The notes: a model not told the origin generated them from the sequence alone. A DNA stretch of 64,000 nucleotides from Candidatus Kaiserbacteria bacterium (GCA_963699165.1 OY969413.1:340562-404561), one strand, 5' to 3'. Positions 45,882-55,272 are shown, counted from the first letter of the stretch. Program-made: numbers and translations.

Positions 45882-46748
45882 ATGATACCATCCCGCCTGA
45901 TGGCTGCCAAAATACTTTGCATCGCCGGGCCAACTGCCTCGGGAAAATCCGTGCGCGGAATCGAGGAAGCGCTTTCGCGCTGCGGTGAAATCATCTCCGT
46001 CGACAGCCGCCAAGTGTATCGCGGGCTTGATATCGGCACTGAGAAACTTACCGCGGCAGAGATGCACGGCGTTCCGCATTATCTCATCGATATACGAAAT
46101 CCCGATGAACGATATTCAGCGGGAGATTTTGCGTCCGATGCAGCTCGATTGATTGGAGAAATATCAAGCCGAGGAAAACTGCCGATACTTGTAGGCGGGA
46201 CGCACTTTTATTTTGATGCATTGCTGCATGGATTGCCCGCAGCAGTCGACGCAAACCTGAAACTGCGCGATGCACTTGAAACATTGCCGACAGAGGAGCT
46301 TTACTCGCGCGTCCGCTCCGCGGACGCGCGACGGTCTGCCGAACTTGACCCGAAAAATCGCCGACGGCTCGTTCGCGCGCTTGAAATCGCCGCGGCAAAC
46401 GGAACGATTCCGGCGCGGACGAAGTCCGCGCCGGCCTATGAGTGCGAATGGATTGTCATCGACCCGCCGCGCGATGAACTGCGCGCGCGCATCGGCGCGC
46501 GGCTCGCGGGCGCCTTTGAGCGCGGATTGACTGCGGAGGTTGCGCGAATCCGCAACTCCGTTGCGGATTCGCGCTTAAATGAATTCGGCCTCGAATACAA
46601 AATCGTCGGCGAATATCTCCGCGGCGAGCGCACCGAGGAATCCCTCATGCCGGCGTTATCGGCAAAATTATGGCACTATGCCCGCCGCCAAAAAGCATGG
46701 CTGCGGAAACTACATGACGAAGGCACTATGGGAGCGACACTGCATTAG
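45882..46748 (+). CDS. miaA: tRNA dimethylallyltransferase.
   Basis: P-loop GPTASGKS and DSRQVYRGLDIGT motifs. Confidence 0.85.
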   Translation: MIPSRLMAAKILCIAGPTASGKSVRGIEEALSRCGEIISVDSRQVYRGLDIGTEKLTAAEMHGVPHYLIDIRNPDERYSAGDFASDAARLIGEISSRGKLPILVGGTHFYFDALLHGLPAAVDANLKLRDALETLPTEELYSRVRSADARRSAELDPKNRRRLVRALEIAAANGTIPARTKSAPAYECEWIVIDPPRDELRARIGARLAGAFERGLTAEVARIRNSVADSRLNEFGLEYKIVGEYLRGERTEESLMPALSAKLWHYARRQKAWLRKLHDEGTMGATLH

Positions 46749-47289
46749 GACAGAATGAGAGACCGAATTCTTCACCTGCTAATTGTGGATTTATGTCCGC
46801 GGTAGTCGTGACAGAAACATGCAATGTACACAGCACTGTATTTGATAGACCGGTCATCGAACGCAACGCATTCTCTGCCTTAAGTCGCGTTGCACCAAGC
46901 GGCTCGGCTTCAAGAATAATTTGAAACGATGAATCAGCAGGCGTGAATTGAATGCCGTATGGACTGCCTGTATTCGAGTTAACAATGTCATACACATTGC
47001 CAATCGGCAGGCCTGTTGGGATTGGAGTCACGCCGATAGTAAAGTCTTTCGAATATACAACCGCACCAGCTGTGGTTGAAAGTGGTAACGCACCAGTACT
47101 CCCCGTAACGTTAGTAGGGGTGGATGTCGTCGCTGGTGTACCAAAGGGATTTTGGTTTTGATTTTGTCCTGATCCACTTCCAGAACCCGGGGAAGGACGC
47201 AGGTACTGGACAAACAGAAAACCTGCCCATGCTCCAAGTCCCACAAGAATGAGCGCCCCACAAACGATGATGCTGTTGCGAATGTTCAT
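46726..47289 (-). CDS. Membrane-anchored secreted protein, paralog of 48371-48919 (partner of hydrolase module 1).
   Basis: TM, G/S/T-rich linker and a C-terminal domain alignable to 48371-48919 (SPY.I...F.I.L...FC...LP). Confidence 0.5.
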   Translation of the reverse strand: MNIRNSIIVCGALILVGLGAWAGFLFVQYLRPSPGSGSGSGQNQNQNPFGTPATTSTPTNVTGSTGALPLSTTAGAVVYSKDFTIGVTPIPTGLPIGNVYDIVNSNTGSPYGIQFTPADSSFQIILEAEPLGATRLKAENALRSMTGLSNTVLCTLHVSVTTTADINPQLAGEEFGLSFCPNAVSLP

Positions 47290-48305
47290 GGTGAGGTTGA
47301 ATTAGTGAACAGTGTACCTCTATCGCACAAAAGAGCGAGCATTGATTTCTCCTCACCCGCGAATGAAAGACCGCATTCCCGTGCGGTTGACCACGCGCTC
47401 CAATTCCAGCTCGAGTTGTATGTTGCTACTGCCTCGGCAATGTTGTTGCTAGCAATCTCTGCCGCAGCAACGCACTGAGCGTACAAAGATTCATTTATTA
47501 CTCTTGCGCCGTAGTCGGTTCCCGAGAAAGCGCTCGGGCAATTGAGTCCTGCCATGGAATGCACCGTAAGATTAATTTGAAATAGCCCCCATGAGAAAAC
47601 ACGGCCGTCATAACTCATTTTGTCGGTCGCACTCGCCTTGTCAGTCACACCGCCGCTCTCAGCCGTGCAGATTTCCGCAGCTTGAGAAGAAGCGTTCCCA
47701 AATGCGCTGAGGTTTGAAGGGCTGCAAGGACCGGATGTTGGTACGGTACACGAACCCGCTCCGCCTCCGCCGCCAGTTGTCGTGACGGGCGTCGTCGGCG
47801 TACTTCCCGTAATCGAACCCACATAGCCCGAACCTTCTTTGAACTGACCGAGAGAACCTTCTTGAATGAGGCATGGATTAATACCCCCCGACGTAATGAG
47901 TGACGACCAGGTACCCCACGTGGAGTCGCTTGGATGATAGAGCACTGCCATAACGGCATCCACGATGAGCCAACCCGCAAGAGCTACAACAATGCCGATG
48001 ACGATATTGAGCAATATTTTTCTCGCCGTACTTTGCGCGCCCGGATTAAACGGATTGACTACGAGCAGAAAGCCCGCATACGCAATCATGATGGGCGCCA
48101 CGAAGACGACGGCGATGGTGATAAGGAAACTGATGAGGTTATTGATGACGTCGATGACCATGCCCCAGCTTGCGGGGCAGAGATTGATGGCCGAGGGAAT
48201 GATGGGGTCGAAAAACGGTATTGCGGCGTGGGTTGCCGAAGGCAGCGCGAAAGTACCGGCGAGCGCCGAAACGAGAAGGAGTGCGGAGCGAAATCGCATA
48301 TTCAT
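47286..48305 (-). CDS. Membrane-anchored protein with a TrbC/VirB2-pilin-like N-terminal module (signal peptide plus two TM helices) and a C-terminal lytic-transglycosylase-like domain.
   Basis: N-terminal ~175 aa nearly identical to paralog 48927-49862. C-terminus has ESGG...GLFQIN...YNSS, resembling the SLT catalytic motifs. Confidence 0.5.
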   Translation of the reverse strand: MNMRFRSALLLVSALAGTFALPSATHAAIPFFDPIIPSAINLCPASWGMVIDVINNLISFLITIAVVFVAPIMIAYAGFLLVVNPFNPGAQSTARKILLNIVIGIVVALAGWLIVDAVMAVLYHPSDSTWGTWSSLITSGGINPCLIQEGSLGQFKEGSGYVGSITGSTPTTPVTTTGGGGGAGSCTVPTSGPCSPSNLSAFGNASSQAAEICTAESGGVTDKASATDKMSYDGRVFSWGLFQINLTVHSMAGLNCPSAFSGTDYGARVINESLYAQCVAAAEIASNNIAEAVATYNSSWNWSAWSTARECGLSFAGEEKSMLALLCDRGTLFTNSTSP

Positions 48306-48370
48306 ATCATACCGCCGCACGCAGCGAACGGACGCGGCTTTCCCCACCGAACACTCGTCTGCGCGGTGCA

Positions 48371-48919
48371 TCACGGAAGCGCGGTTGCTCCACGACAAAA
48401 GCTGAATTTCAAATTCGTATGCAAATAAGCGTCCGCAACGCCGGGCATCGTCACTACAAACGCATCAAGCCGGCACATGTCTTGCGCGGAAATGCCCAGT
48501 TTCTGCTCGAGTTCTTGCTGCGCCTGTAAACGGTATTGATCGACGGGATTCTTATACAACAGGATATAGAACGTCTGCGTATCGCCGTCGTATCCGATTT
48601 GGTATGGTGAGCCGGTCTGCGACGGGTCTAGTCCGCCCGAAAGTGCGTAATACGTCTCGTCCCCTTCGTCTTTGGCGACCGAGGAGTCGCTCAAAAAATT
48701 GCGTGTCGGAATTATTTTGCCGTCGGTACTCGGTACCGAAAATGCGTACGCGCTTGTTGTAGTCGCGACGACGGTGTTTTGCGCAATCGGCAATGTCGTC
48801 GTTGTTGTCGACGTCGGCACGAATGCCAGTTGTCTTTGCGATTCAAATATGCGAACCGCAATGAAAAAACTGCCGAGCAGAAGAAGCATTGCACCGAATA
48901 TCCATGCTGCTGTTTTCAT
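48371..48919 (-). CDS. Membrane-anchored secreted protein (partner of hydrolase module 2).
   Basis: TM, poly-Thr linker, C-terminal domain homologous to 46726-47289. Confidence 0.5.
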   Translation of the reverse strand: MKTAAWIFGAMLLLLGSFFIAVRIFESQRQLAFVPTSTTTTTLPIAQNTVVATTTSAYAFSVPSTDGKIIPTRNFLSDSSVAKDEGDETYYALSGGLDPSQTGSPYQIGYDGDTQTFYILLYKNPVDQYRLQAQQELEQKLGISAQDMCRLDAFVVTMPGVADAYLHTNLKFSFCRGATALP

Positions 48920-48926
48920 ATATGTA

Positions 48927-49862
48927 TCAATTACAACCGCACGATGCGCCGACGCTGACGTGCAAGTGGTCTGCCTCGGGACCTTGCCATGTCGAGCCGC
49001 AAGCGGTTGCGGCGCTTTCTATTGCGGCATTTTGCGCTGACGTTCCCCACGCTATGTCCACGGCATACGACTTCCCGACGCAGCTTACTCCCCCGTAATG
49101 GCAAGAGTGAACGGTATGCGCGCAGCCGACCGATTGTCCGCCCACGTCACACTCTTGAAATGTTTTCAAATGCTCCGGTGTAATCACGTGATCGGAAATC
49201 GACGTGACATCGAACCCCGTCTTCGTTCCCATGCATTGGATGAGTTGAGACAGGAGCGGAGAAGCGTCGCCCATTTCCGCTTGCGCATCCGGTTCGTAGG
49301 TAACCGATCCGCCGAGTGTCAATGTCGAGCCGCCCGTTGTAGTCGTTTCAACGGGATTGCTCCCAGAAATCGAGCCCACATACCCATTGCCTTCGTTCAA
49401 CTGATACAGCGAACCGGCCTGTGGCAAGCACGGAGGAATCCCGCCCGACGTAATGAGTGACGACCAGGTACCCCACGTGGAGTCGCTTGGATGATAAAGC
49501 ACTGCCATAACGGCATCCACGATGAGCCAACCCGCAAGAGCTACAACAATGCCGATGACGATATTGAGCAATATTTTTCTCGCCGTACTTTGCGCGCCCG
49601 GATTAAACGGATTGACTACGAGCAGAAAGCCCGCATACGCAATCATGATGGGCGCCACGAAGACGACGGCGATGGTGATAAGGAAACTGATGATGTTATT
49701 GATGACGTCGATGACCATGCCCCAGCTTGCGGGGCAGAGATTGATGGCCGAGGGAATGATGGGGTCGAAAAACGGTATTGCGGCGTGGGTTGCCGAAGGC
49801 AGCGCGAAAGTACCGGCGAGCGCCGAAACGAGAAGGAGTGCGGAGCGAAATCGCATATTCAT
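48927..49862 (-). CDS. Paralog with the same VirB2-like N-terminal module. It has a different, Cys/His-rich C-terminal domain, possibly a zinc D,D-peptidase.
   Basis: N-terminal region ~98% nt-identical to 47880-48340. C-terminus has SISDHVITPEHL...CAHTVHSCH (H-x6-D...H-x-H type). Confidence 0.45.
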   Translation of the reverse strand: MNMRFRSALLLVSALAGTFALPSATHAAIPFFDPIIPSAINLCPASWGMVIDVINNIISFLITIAVVFVAPIMIAYAGFLLVVNPFNPGAQSTARKILLNIVIGIVVALAGWLIVDAVMAVLYHPSDSTWGTWSSLITSGGIPPCLPQAGSLYQLNEGNGYVGSISGSNPVETTTTGGSTLTLGGSVTYEPDAQAEMGDASPLLSQLIQCMGTKTGFDVTSISDHVITPEHLKTFQECDVGGQSVGCAHTVHSCHYGGVSCVGKSYAVDIAWGTSAQNAAIESAATACGSTWQGPEADHLHVSVGASCGCN

Positions 49863-49976
49863 ATCATACCGCCGCACGCAGCGAACGGACGCGGCTTTCC
49901 CCACTGTCGTTCGTCTGATATCTTTTAGTCACGGCGCAACATCCTCCTCATCTTGCGCCTAATTTGGCATCGATTC

Positions 49977-50047
49977 GGGCCTATAGTTTAGAGGTAAAAC
50001 AGTGGTCTCCAAAACCACCGTCCCAGGTTCGAGTCCTGGTGGGCCCG
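49977..50047 (+). tRNA. tRNA-Trp (anticodon CCA).
   Basis: GGGCCTA acceptor, anticodon loop CTCCAAA, T-arm CCAGG-TTCGAGT-CCTGG, TGGGCCC-G. Confidence 0.85.
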
Positions 50048-50093
50048 CAAATCAAAAAACTGCCTTTAGGGCGGTTTTTTGATTTGCGGGCCC
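50041..50093 (+). terminator. Perfect 20-bp inverted repeat including the tRNA-Trp 3' end; likely bidirectional terminator.
   Basis: gggcccgcaaatcaaaaaac ... gttttttgatttgcgggccc. Confidence 0.6.
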
Positions 50094-50228
50094 AAGCACG
50101 CGCGGGGCGCGTGCGTCCAGAACTCGAAAACCTTGCGAGCATATTTTGCGATTTCCTGAAGCAAAATATCCGCAAGGTGTACTGACCCTGTAAGGGCCGA
50201 GAAGCGTAATCGCGGTCCTGGTGTCCCG

Positions 50229-50270
50229 CCAACAAGAAAAACCTGGACTGCTCCAGGTTTTTCTTGTTGG
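50229..50270 (+). terminator. Perfect 19-bp palindromic hairpin with A/T runs (bidirectional terminator-like).
   Basis: ccaacaagaaaaacctgga-ctgc-tccaggtttttcttgttgg. Confidence 0.6.
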
Positions 50271-50425
50271 CGAGTGCGGGAGATCTATCGAGCCAGCGGG
50301 CGACGCATCGTCGTGCTGTCGAGTGCGAGATGGCGAGGCGGGCTCCCGTTTTGTCCACGAGCGAAGCGATTGGTTTACAAACCGCAGTCCTTTAGGAGTC
50401 GCGAAAATTTTCGATCGACCCAAGA

Positions 50426-50470
50426 AGGTGATTCTGCTGAATCACCCAGATAGGTGATTCTGCTGAATCA
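50426..50470 (+). promoter_or_regulatory. Two tandem copies of a 19-bp site containing the palindrome TGATTC-TGCT-GAATCA. Candidate operator pair.
   Basis: aggtgattctgctgaatca at 50426-50444 and again at 50452-50470. Promoter (-35 TTGATA 50507-50512, 17 nt, -10 TATACA 50530-50535) follows. Confidence 0.5.
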
Positions 50471-50578
50471 GGCGAGGAAAGTATTTGTGAACGCAAAATA
50501 CAATCCTTGATATATTTCCCATTACAGTTTATACAAAAGCCAGGTACGGCTTTCGTCCGTACAGTTTGAGAGGTTTTT

Positions 50579-50863
50579 ATGTTCCGTAGTATCGCGCTCA
50601 AAGTCGCCACCGTTGACGGTGGAAGGCAAGTGTGCGCCATCGGACTTTCAGAACGGCAAATTAGCGAGCTGAAAGCGAGTCCACATCAACAGCTATTCCT
50701 GTCATTCGGCGACAACTCGTGCGGGGCCGAAATTTGGGTCGCGTTTGGACCGGGCGCAACGCCGGAAGGTTCTTGCCGAATCAGCGAACAAGCTGCTGCA
50801 GTGCTTAATCTCACGGCCGGCCTGAGCATCAGGGTATCAAATCCCTCGCTTCAATTCCTGTAA
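50579..50863 (+). CDS. Small protein (94 aa), possibly with AbrB/MazE-like swapped-hairpin DNA-binding repeats.
   Basis: RBS gagagg. LKVATVDGGRQVCAIGLSERQISEL and RISEQAAAVLNLTAGLSIRV resemble AbrB-type segments. Weak call. Confidence 0.4.
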   Translation: MFRSIALKVATVDGGRQVCAIGLSERQISELKASPHQQLFLSFGDNSCGAEIWVAFGPGATPEGSCRISEQAAAVLNLTAGLSIRVSNPSLQFL

Positions 50864-50912
50864 GAGCCGCACGGGGGAGACGCACCCCCGACGTGCGGCT
50901 CTTCCCTTTTAT
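50864..50912 (+). terminator. Bidirectional rho-independent terminator between the small ORF and metK.
   Basis: agagccgcac...gtgcggctct 10-bp stem plus tcccttttattt. Confidence 0.7.
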
Positions 50913-51893
50913 TTACTTGTCCCACACAAAACCGTTCCCGAAATGGCCGTACTTTGACGTCTCGCGAAATTGCGGTTTTCGGAGTTTCAGCAGTTTGATG
51001 ATGGCATGCGGTCGCAAATCGTATCCTTTGATTTCCTCTTGTTTGCCGTCAATCGTAACAACGGCCATAAGCGGCTCGGCAACGCCAATAGCGTAGGCGA
51101 TGTGCGCATACACTTCTTTCGCTTTTCGTTTCTTCAGATAGGCAACCGCGATTTTTCGCGCGATGTATGCCCCGCTTCGGTCCACTTTCGTCGCGTCTTT
51201 TCCGGAAAAACAGCCGCCGCCAAGAGGAACATTTGGGCCGTAGTTATCGACGGCGAGTTTTCTTCCCGTGAGTCCCGTGTCCGCATTGAACCCGCCGACG
51301 AGCCACTCGCCATTCGGATTTTTCAGCCATACTTTCTCAAGCTTCAAACCTTTCGCGAGCAATGGCTCGATTTCTTTTTTGACGACTTTTACAAGCGGCG
51401 AATTTTTACCGTAGTCGGCCTTGCACACCGAAGTCAAAATCGAAATCACGTTGCCGTTATCGACCGTCACTTGCGCTTTGCCGTCGGTTGCTCCCATCGC
51501 CTTGGTGAGTTTCCGCGCAAGCACGACTTCAAGCGGCAAAAGCTCCGGCGTTTCGCTCGTCGCATACCCGACCATAATTCCCTGGTCGCCCGCGCCGTCA
51601 TTATCGACGCCATGCTGGATTTCGGGACTTTGTTCGACGACATTCACCGTAATGCCGATGCCTTCGTTGTAGCCGCACTCTTTGTACACCTGCTCTGCTA
51701 TTTTTCTGATGTTGATGCGCGCCTTCGTCGTAAGCTCGCCGGTAACCGTGATGATGCCGTGGCCGCCGAGCACTTCAATCGCCGAACGCGTATACGGGTC
51801 CTGTGCAAGACATGCGTCGAGAATTGCGTCTGAAATCTGGTCGCACACTTTATCGGGGTGGCCAATTGAAACCGATTCTGCCGTCCTAATCAT
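50913..51893 (-). CDS. metK: S-adenosylmethionine synthetase.
   Basis: GHPDK and GGGCFSGKD motifs; shorter than typical bacterial MetK. Confidence 0.85.
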   Translation of the reverse strand: MIRTAESVSIGHPDKVCDQISDAILDACLAQDPYTRSAIEVLGGHGIITVTGELTTKARINIRKIAEQVYKECGYNEGIGITVNVVEQSPEIQHGVDNDGAGDQGIMVGYATSETPELLPLEVVLARKLTKAMGATDGKAQVTVDNGNVISILTSVCKADYGKNSPLVKVVKKEIEPLLAKGLKLEKVWLKNPNGEWLVGGFNADTGLTGRKLAVDNYGPNVPLGGGCFSGKDATKVDRSGAYIARKIAVAYLKKRKAKEVYAHIAYAIGVAEPLMAVVTIDGKQEEIKGYDLRPHAIIKLLKLRKPQFRETSKYGHFGNGFVWDK

Positions 51894-51919
51894 GTTGGTG
51901 AATTGCTAGATAATAAAAA

Positions 51920-52060
51920 CTCCTTCCGTTTAGGAAAGTGTCTTTATGTAGGAGACATTATCTTTCCCTTTCGGGATTGGATGGAGCACCTTCTTTAATT
52001 TCTTAAAGGGTTGCCGGGAGATTGTCGAGCCAATACTCTACCTCCGCTCTTGATAACGTA
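51920..52060 (-). ncRNA. SAM-I (S-box) riboswitch in the metK leader, with a terminator-like expression platform.
   Basis: Minus strand reads CGUUAUCAAGAGCGGAGGUAGAGUAUUGGCUCGACAAUCUCCCGGCAACC...AAGAAGGUGCUCCAUCCAAUCCCGAAAGGGAAAGAUAAUG. This matches the S-box consensus UUAUCAAGAG.GG.GGAGG.A.UGGCCC.A.GAA.CCCGGCAACC...GGUGC. A hairpin and U-run follow. Confidence 0.85.
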
Positions 52061-52141
52061 TGGAGTTGTCTTTGCATCATATAGTCACGAGACGCATTGC
52101 GCAAATTGCGCTGTGGAAATCGCCGCGGATTGAGAAATTTT

Positions 52142-53191
52142 TTAATCGGCGCTGATTTTCTGATAGACCAGTTTGGATATTTGCGCAATGACGGCGTCGA
52201 GCGCCGTGGGATTTTTCCCTTCGGTCATTGCGCACAAAAAGTACGGACGCGGAGTGTAGTATACGATTCCGCAATCGCTCAATTCGACGTCATTGACGAC
52301 GTTATTCGAGCCGTCGACGTGTTCTCCGTACTTGTGCGCTACCGTAATGCCGCTCGGTATACCCGCCGCAAGTCCCTCCGTATACGTTGACTGGCTCAAG
52401 TCCTCGAGAATTTGCTCCGAATCCGCCCAATTCAAGCTAAGCGTCCCGTTGTACAAAATTCGAAAGAATCTCGAATATTCACGAGGCGAAATTTTGTATC
52501 CTACCGAACTCGTCGCACTCGGAGATGGTATGGAAAGATCGCCGTACACGGCATCGAGCACTTGCTGATTTATCGAGTTGAGCAGCGTGTAGACGGCGCC
52601 ATTATCCGAATCGGTCAGCTCCTTCTCGACTAGCGCGGGCACCGTGTACGATTGCCCTACCTGAAGATCCGACGGCAGTGCGAAAGCAAGCTGTGCATTT
52701 ATTTGCGCGAGCGCGGGTGTGTAGGTAAGCGGCGTTGAAAGAAACTCGGGCTGCTGTTCCGCCTGCCGATAGGCGGCAATCGCCACCACGACCTTCAGCA
52801 TGCTGGCCGGATCATACAAATCGTTCTCGTTTATTCCCTCCCACTTGCCGCTGTTGAGGTCGCGCAAATACACGGCATATCGCGTAACCGTGCCGGCAGG
52901 AAGAGCGGAAACCGACGATTGTATTTCGCTCCGCACATCCGGAAAACCGTTGCCGAATTGGTCGCCCGGAAGCGAAATGCCGATGATGGGATGCAGAAGT
53001 TTGTACGGAGAAGACGGCACGAAAATCGGATGCGCTAGCGCGAGAAGATTTTCATAATATATTTTCGTCGCGAAATACGTTCCGGTGCCGACCATAAGTA
53101 TGGCCGCAACCACTCCGCCCACAGCAAGCGCGAGCGTTCGGGCGAATCTGCCCGATTGTTTCCGCGAAATTTCGTCTTTACTCTTTGCCAC
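52142..53191 (-). CDS. Membrane-anchored class-A beta-lactamase-like serine hydrolase.
   Basis: SMLK (SxxK), SDN and K(Y)G motifs, N-terminal TM. Confidence 0.65.
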   Translation of the reverse strand: MAKSKDEISRKQSGRFARTLALAVGGVVAAILMVGTGTYFATKIYYENLLALAHPIFVPSSPYKLLHPIIGISLPGDQFGNGFPDVRSEIQSSVSALPAGTVTRYAVYLRDLNSGKWEGINENDLYDPASMLKVVVAIAAYRQAEQQPEFLSTPLTYTPALAQINAQLAFALPSDLQVGQSYTVPALVEKELTDSDNGAVYTLLNSINQQVLDAVYGDLSIPSPSATSSVGYKISPREYSRFFRILYNGTLSLNWADSEQILEDLSQSTYTEGLAAGIPSGITVAHKYGEHVDGSNNVVNDVELSDCGIVYYTPRPYFLCAMTEGKNPTALDAVIAQISKLVYQKISAD

Positions 53192-53259
53192 CTACAACAG
53201 TATAGCAAAACGAACGCCCGTGAAAAACACGAGGCACGCAATGCATTCACGGCTTCATG

Positions 53260-54357
53260 TCAACGCCGACGTCGACGGTTGCTGTCTTCGGTCGTGTGGA
53301 AGAATCCGATCCAATTAAGAAATTCGCGGAATCGAGGCGGGAGCGGGTCTCTTCTTAACACAGGGAGTTTCCAATGTTCCTGCGCCTCGTTCGGCAAGGG
53401 TGCATGTTCGGGTTCGGAACCTGCTTCGTTCGGAGCGGTTTCTCTGTTTCGCCCATTCGCATTCGCAAAGAAACGAGGGTCGAATGCTGTTGGAATTTCC
53501 GGTCGCGGACTCTTTTCAGATATCTCGGCGGGTGTTTCAATTTTTCCTTTTAGTTCTTGCTTTTCCTCCGGTCCTTTCGGTCCAATGTCAGGTTCCGGCG
53601 CGGCGATTTCCGGCGCCGCTTGGTTCTGTCGTGTCTCCGATCGGTTACTTTCCGCGGCGGTAACCGCTCCCGCCTCTATCCACGACCCGACCTTCTCCCG
53701 CAATCTGAACACCGGCGGAAGTTTCTCGAGTATCGTCACATCTTTTGCTTCCATCGCCGCATTGATGATTTCTTTGATTCTGCGCGGCGGATACATCTGC
53801 CCTTTGAATTGCATATTCCCTACTCTGTCGAGCGACTTGTATAATTCTTCGATCGTAGTTGCTTCTTCAACTCGGCGGTGGCGCTCGACTTTTGGAACGA
53901 CAGCCACTTCAGGCATTTTCTTCGTCGATGAAGCCGCATCGGGCCCGGCCTTTTCGGCGGACGGCGGTTCGGCAGAATTCTCGGCTGAAGTTTTAGCGGG
54001 AGTGTTTTCGGACGACGGAACCGGCGTCGATTCTTGCACCGGAATATCGTTCGGATTCAGTATTGAGGCGGCCGTTTCCCGAAATCCGCCGATTTCCGGA
54101 ATGAGTCGAATGCTTTTCTCTTTCCTTTTAATTTGACGAAGTAACGCATTCAAATATTCCCTAACTTCCTGAGGACTTTGGTGTCGCAAATGGACATTGT
54201 TATCTTTCGCAAGCTCGTCGAGCTCCTTTTCGTTTAAATTATCGATGGCGATATGCAGCGCCTCAAGCGAATGCGCATTTTTTATTCCGTCGAAAAGTTC
54301 GTGTGCCGGTGCGGATTCAGTCGGAGCTGCTGCTGCGGGTTTGCTTTCGAGAGACAT
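53260..54357 (-). CDS. Hypothetical low-complexity (P/E/A-rich, disordered) protein.
   Basis: ORF only. Confidence 0.4.
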   Translation of the reverse strand: MSLESKPAAAAPTESAPAHELFDGIKNAHSLEALHIAIDNLNEKELDELAKDNNVHLRHQSPQEVREYLNALLRQIKRKEKSIRLIPEIGGFRETAASILNPNDIPVQESTPVPSSENTPAKTSAENSAEPPSAEKAGPDAASSTKKMPEVAVVPKVERHRRVEEATTIEELYKSLDRVGNMQFKGQMYPPRRIKEIINAAMEAKDVTILEKLPPVFRLREKVGSWIEAGAVTAAESNRSETRQNQAAPEIAAPEPDIGPKGPEEKQELKGKIETPAEISEKSPRPEIPTAFDPRFFANANGRNRETAPNEAGSEPEHAPLPNEAQEHWKLPVLRRDPLPPRFREFLNWIGFFHTTEDSNRRRRR

Positions 54358-54992
54358 AGCGGTTATATTAATTTTCGTACGTTCAGTATAGCAGGACTTT
54401 TTTCACCCGATCGGGCATGCAGCCGGTGAATTCCCGAATGCGGAAACCGCACTGCATTTCATCTTGAAACTTCTGCGATACTTCCTCGGTTCTAGTCGAT
54501 GAAAGCACCTTACGGCGGGAAAGATGCAACCGAGACGCGCCATTTGTCTCGCCGATTCGTTTACTCGAACCGGCTTACCAATCAGTTTATTCCCATGGGA
54601 ATTTTCCGCGCCATCGGTTCGGGCATGTTTCTTGCCATCATCGCTCTTATGATGCCGACTGTTTTCTCGGAACTTACCAAAACGCTTATTGTGTTTCTGC
54701 GGAGTTCTCAAGAAGCGCTCACGGCAGCCGGAATTCTTGCGTCGTATGCCGGACAGATTGCTCCGGTCCATTAAATTCTCAACCGCCTATCTTCGGAAGG
54801 TGGTTGTTTGATTACTGATGCCGACAAAATAAACGGTATCTAGCCAAATGAAGCCGTGCCGCGCGATTTTTGGCGGACAGCGCACCGTTCCGGCATGTAA
54901 TGGTTGCAACTCGACTTCGGCCATAGGTGCAGCAGGAGGAACTGCAGCGCATCGCGATGCGCAAGCTGTTTTATACACATAACCAACACTTC

Positions 54993-55193
54993 ATGAAAAA
55001 TCTTAACGTGCTTGATTGGATAGCGTTCGTGCTGCTCGTCATCGGCGGATTGAACTGGGGCCTTATCGGCTTCTTCAATTTCGACCTCGTGGCCGCTGCG
55101 TTCGGCGTACTGTCGGTCGCGAGCCGCGTTGTGTATTCCATAGTCGGTCTCTCGGCAATATACGTGATTTTCGTCCTCCTCGCGAAATCCTAG
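54993..55193 (+). CDS. DUF378-family small membrane protein.
   Basis: NVLDWIAFVLLVIGGLNWGLIGFFNFDLVAAAFG...SRVVYSIVGLSAIY is the DUF378 signature. Start chosen at MKNLNV. Confidence 0.7.
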   Translation: MKNLNVLDWIAFVLLVIGGLNWGLIGFFNFDLVAAAFGVLSVASRVVYSIVGLSAIYVIFVLLAKS

Positions 55194-55272
55194 AGCCGAT
55201 TCAATTGCGGAACCTCACGCCGCCGATGCAGCGAAGCTGCGTCGGCGGCGTTGCGCGCTATACTGTCAGCAC

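Noticed and set aside
54403-54774. ORFs 54403-54771 (-) and 54499-54774 (+) in the 570-bp divergent intergenic region.
   Set aside because: No RBS. Basic/low-complexity or weakly hydrophobic. Mutually overlapping. Left uncalled, although a small membrane protein on the plus strand cannot be excluded.
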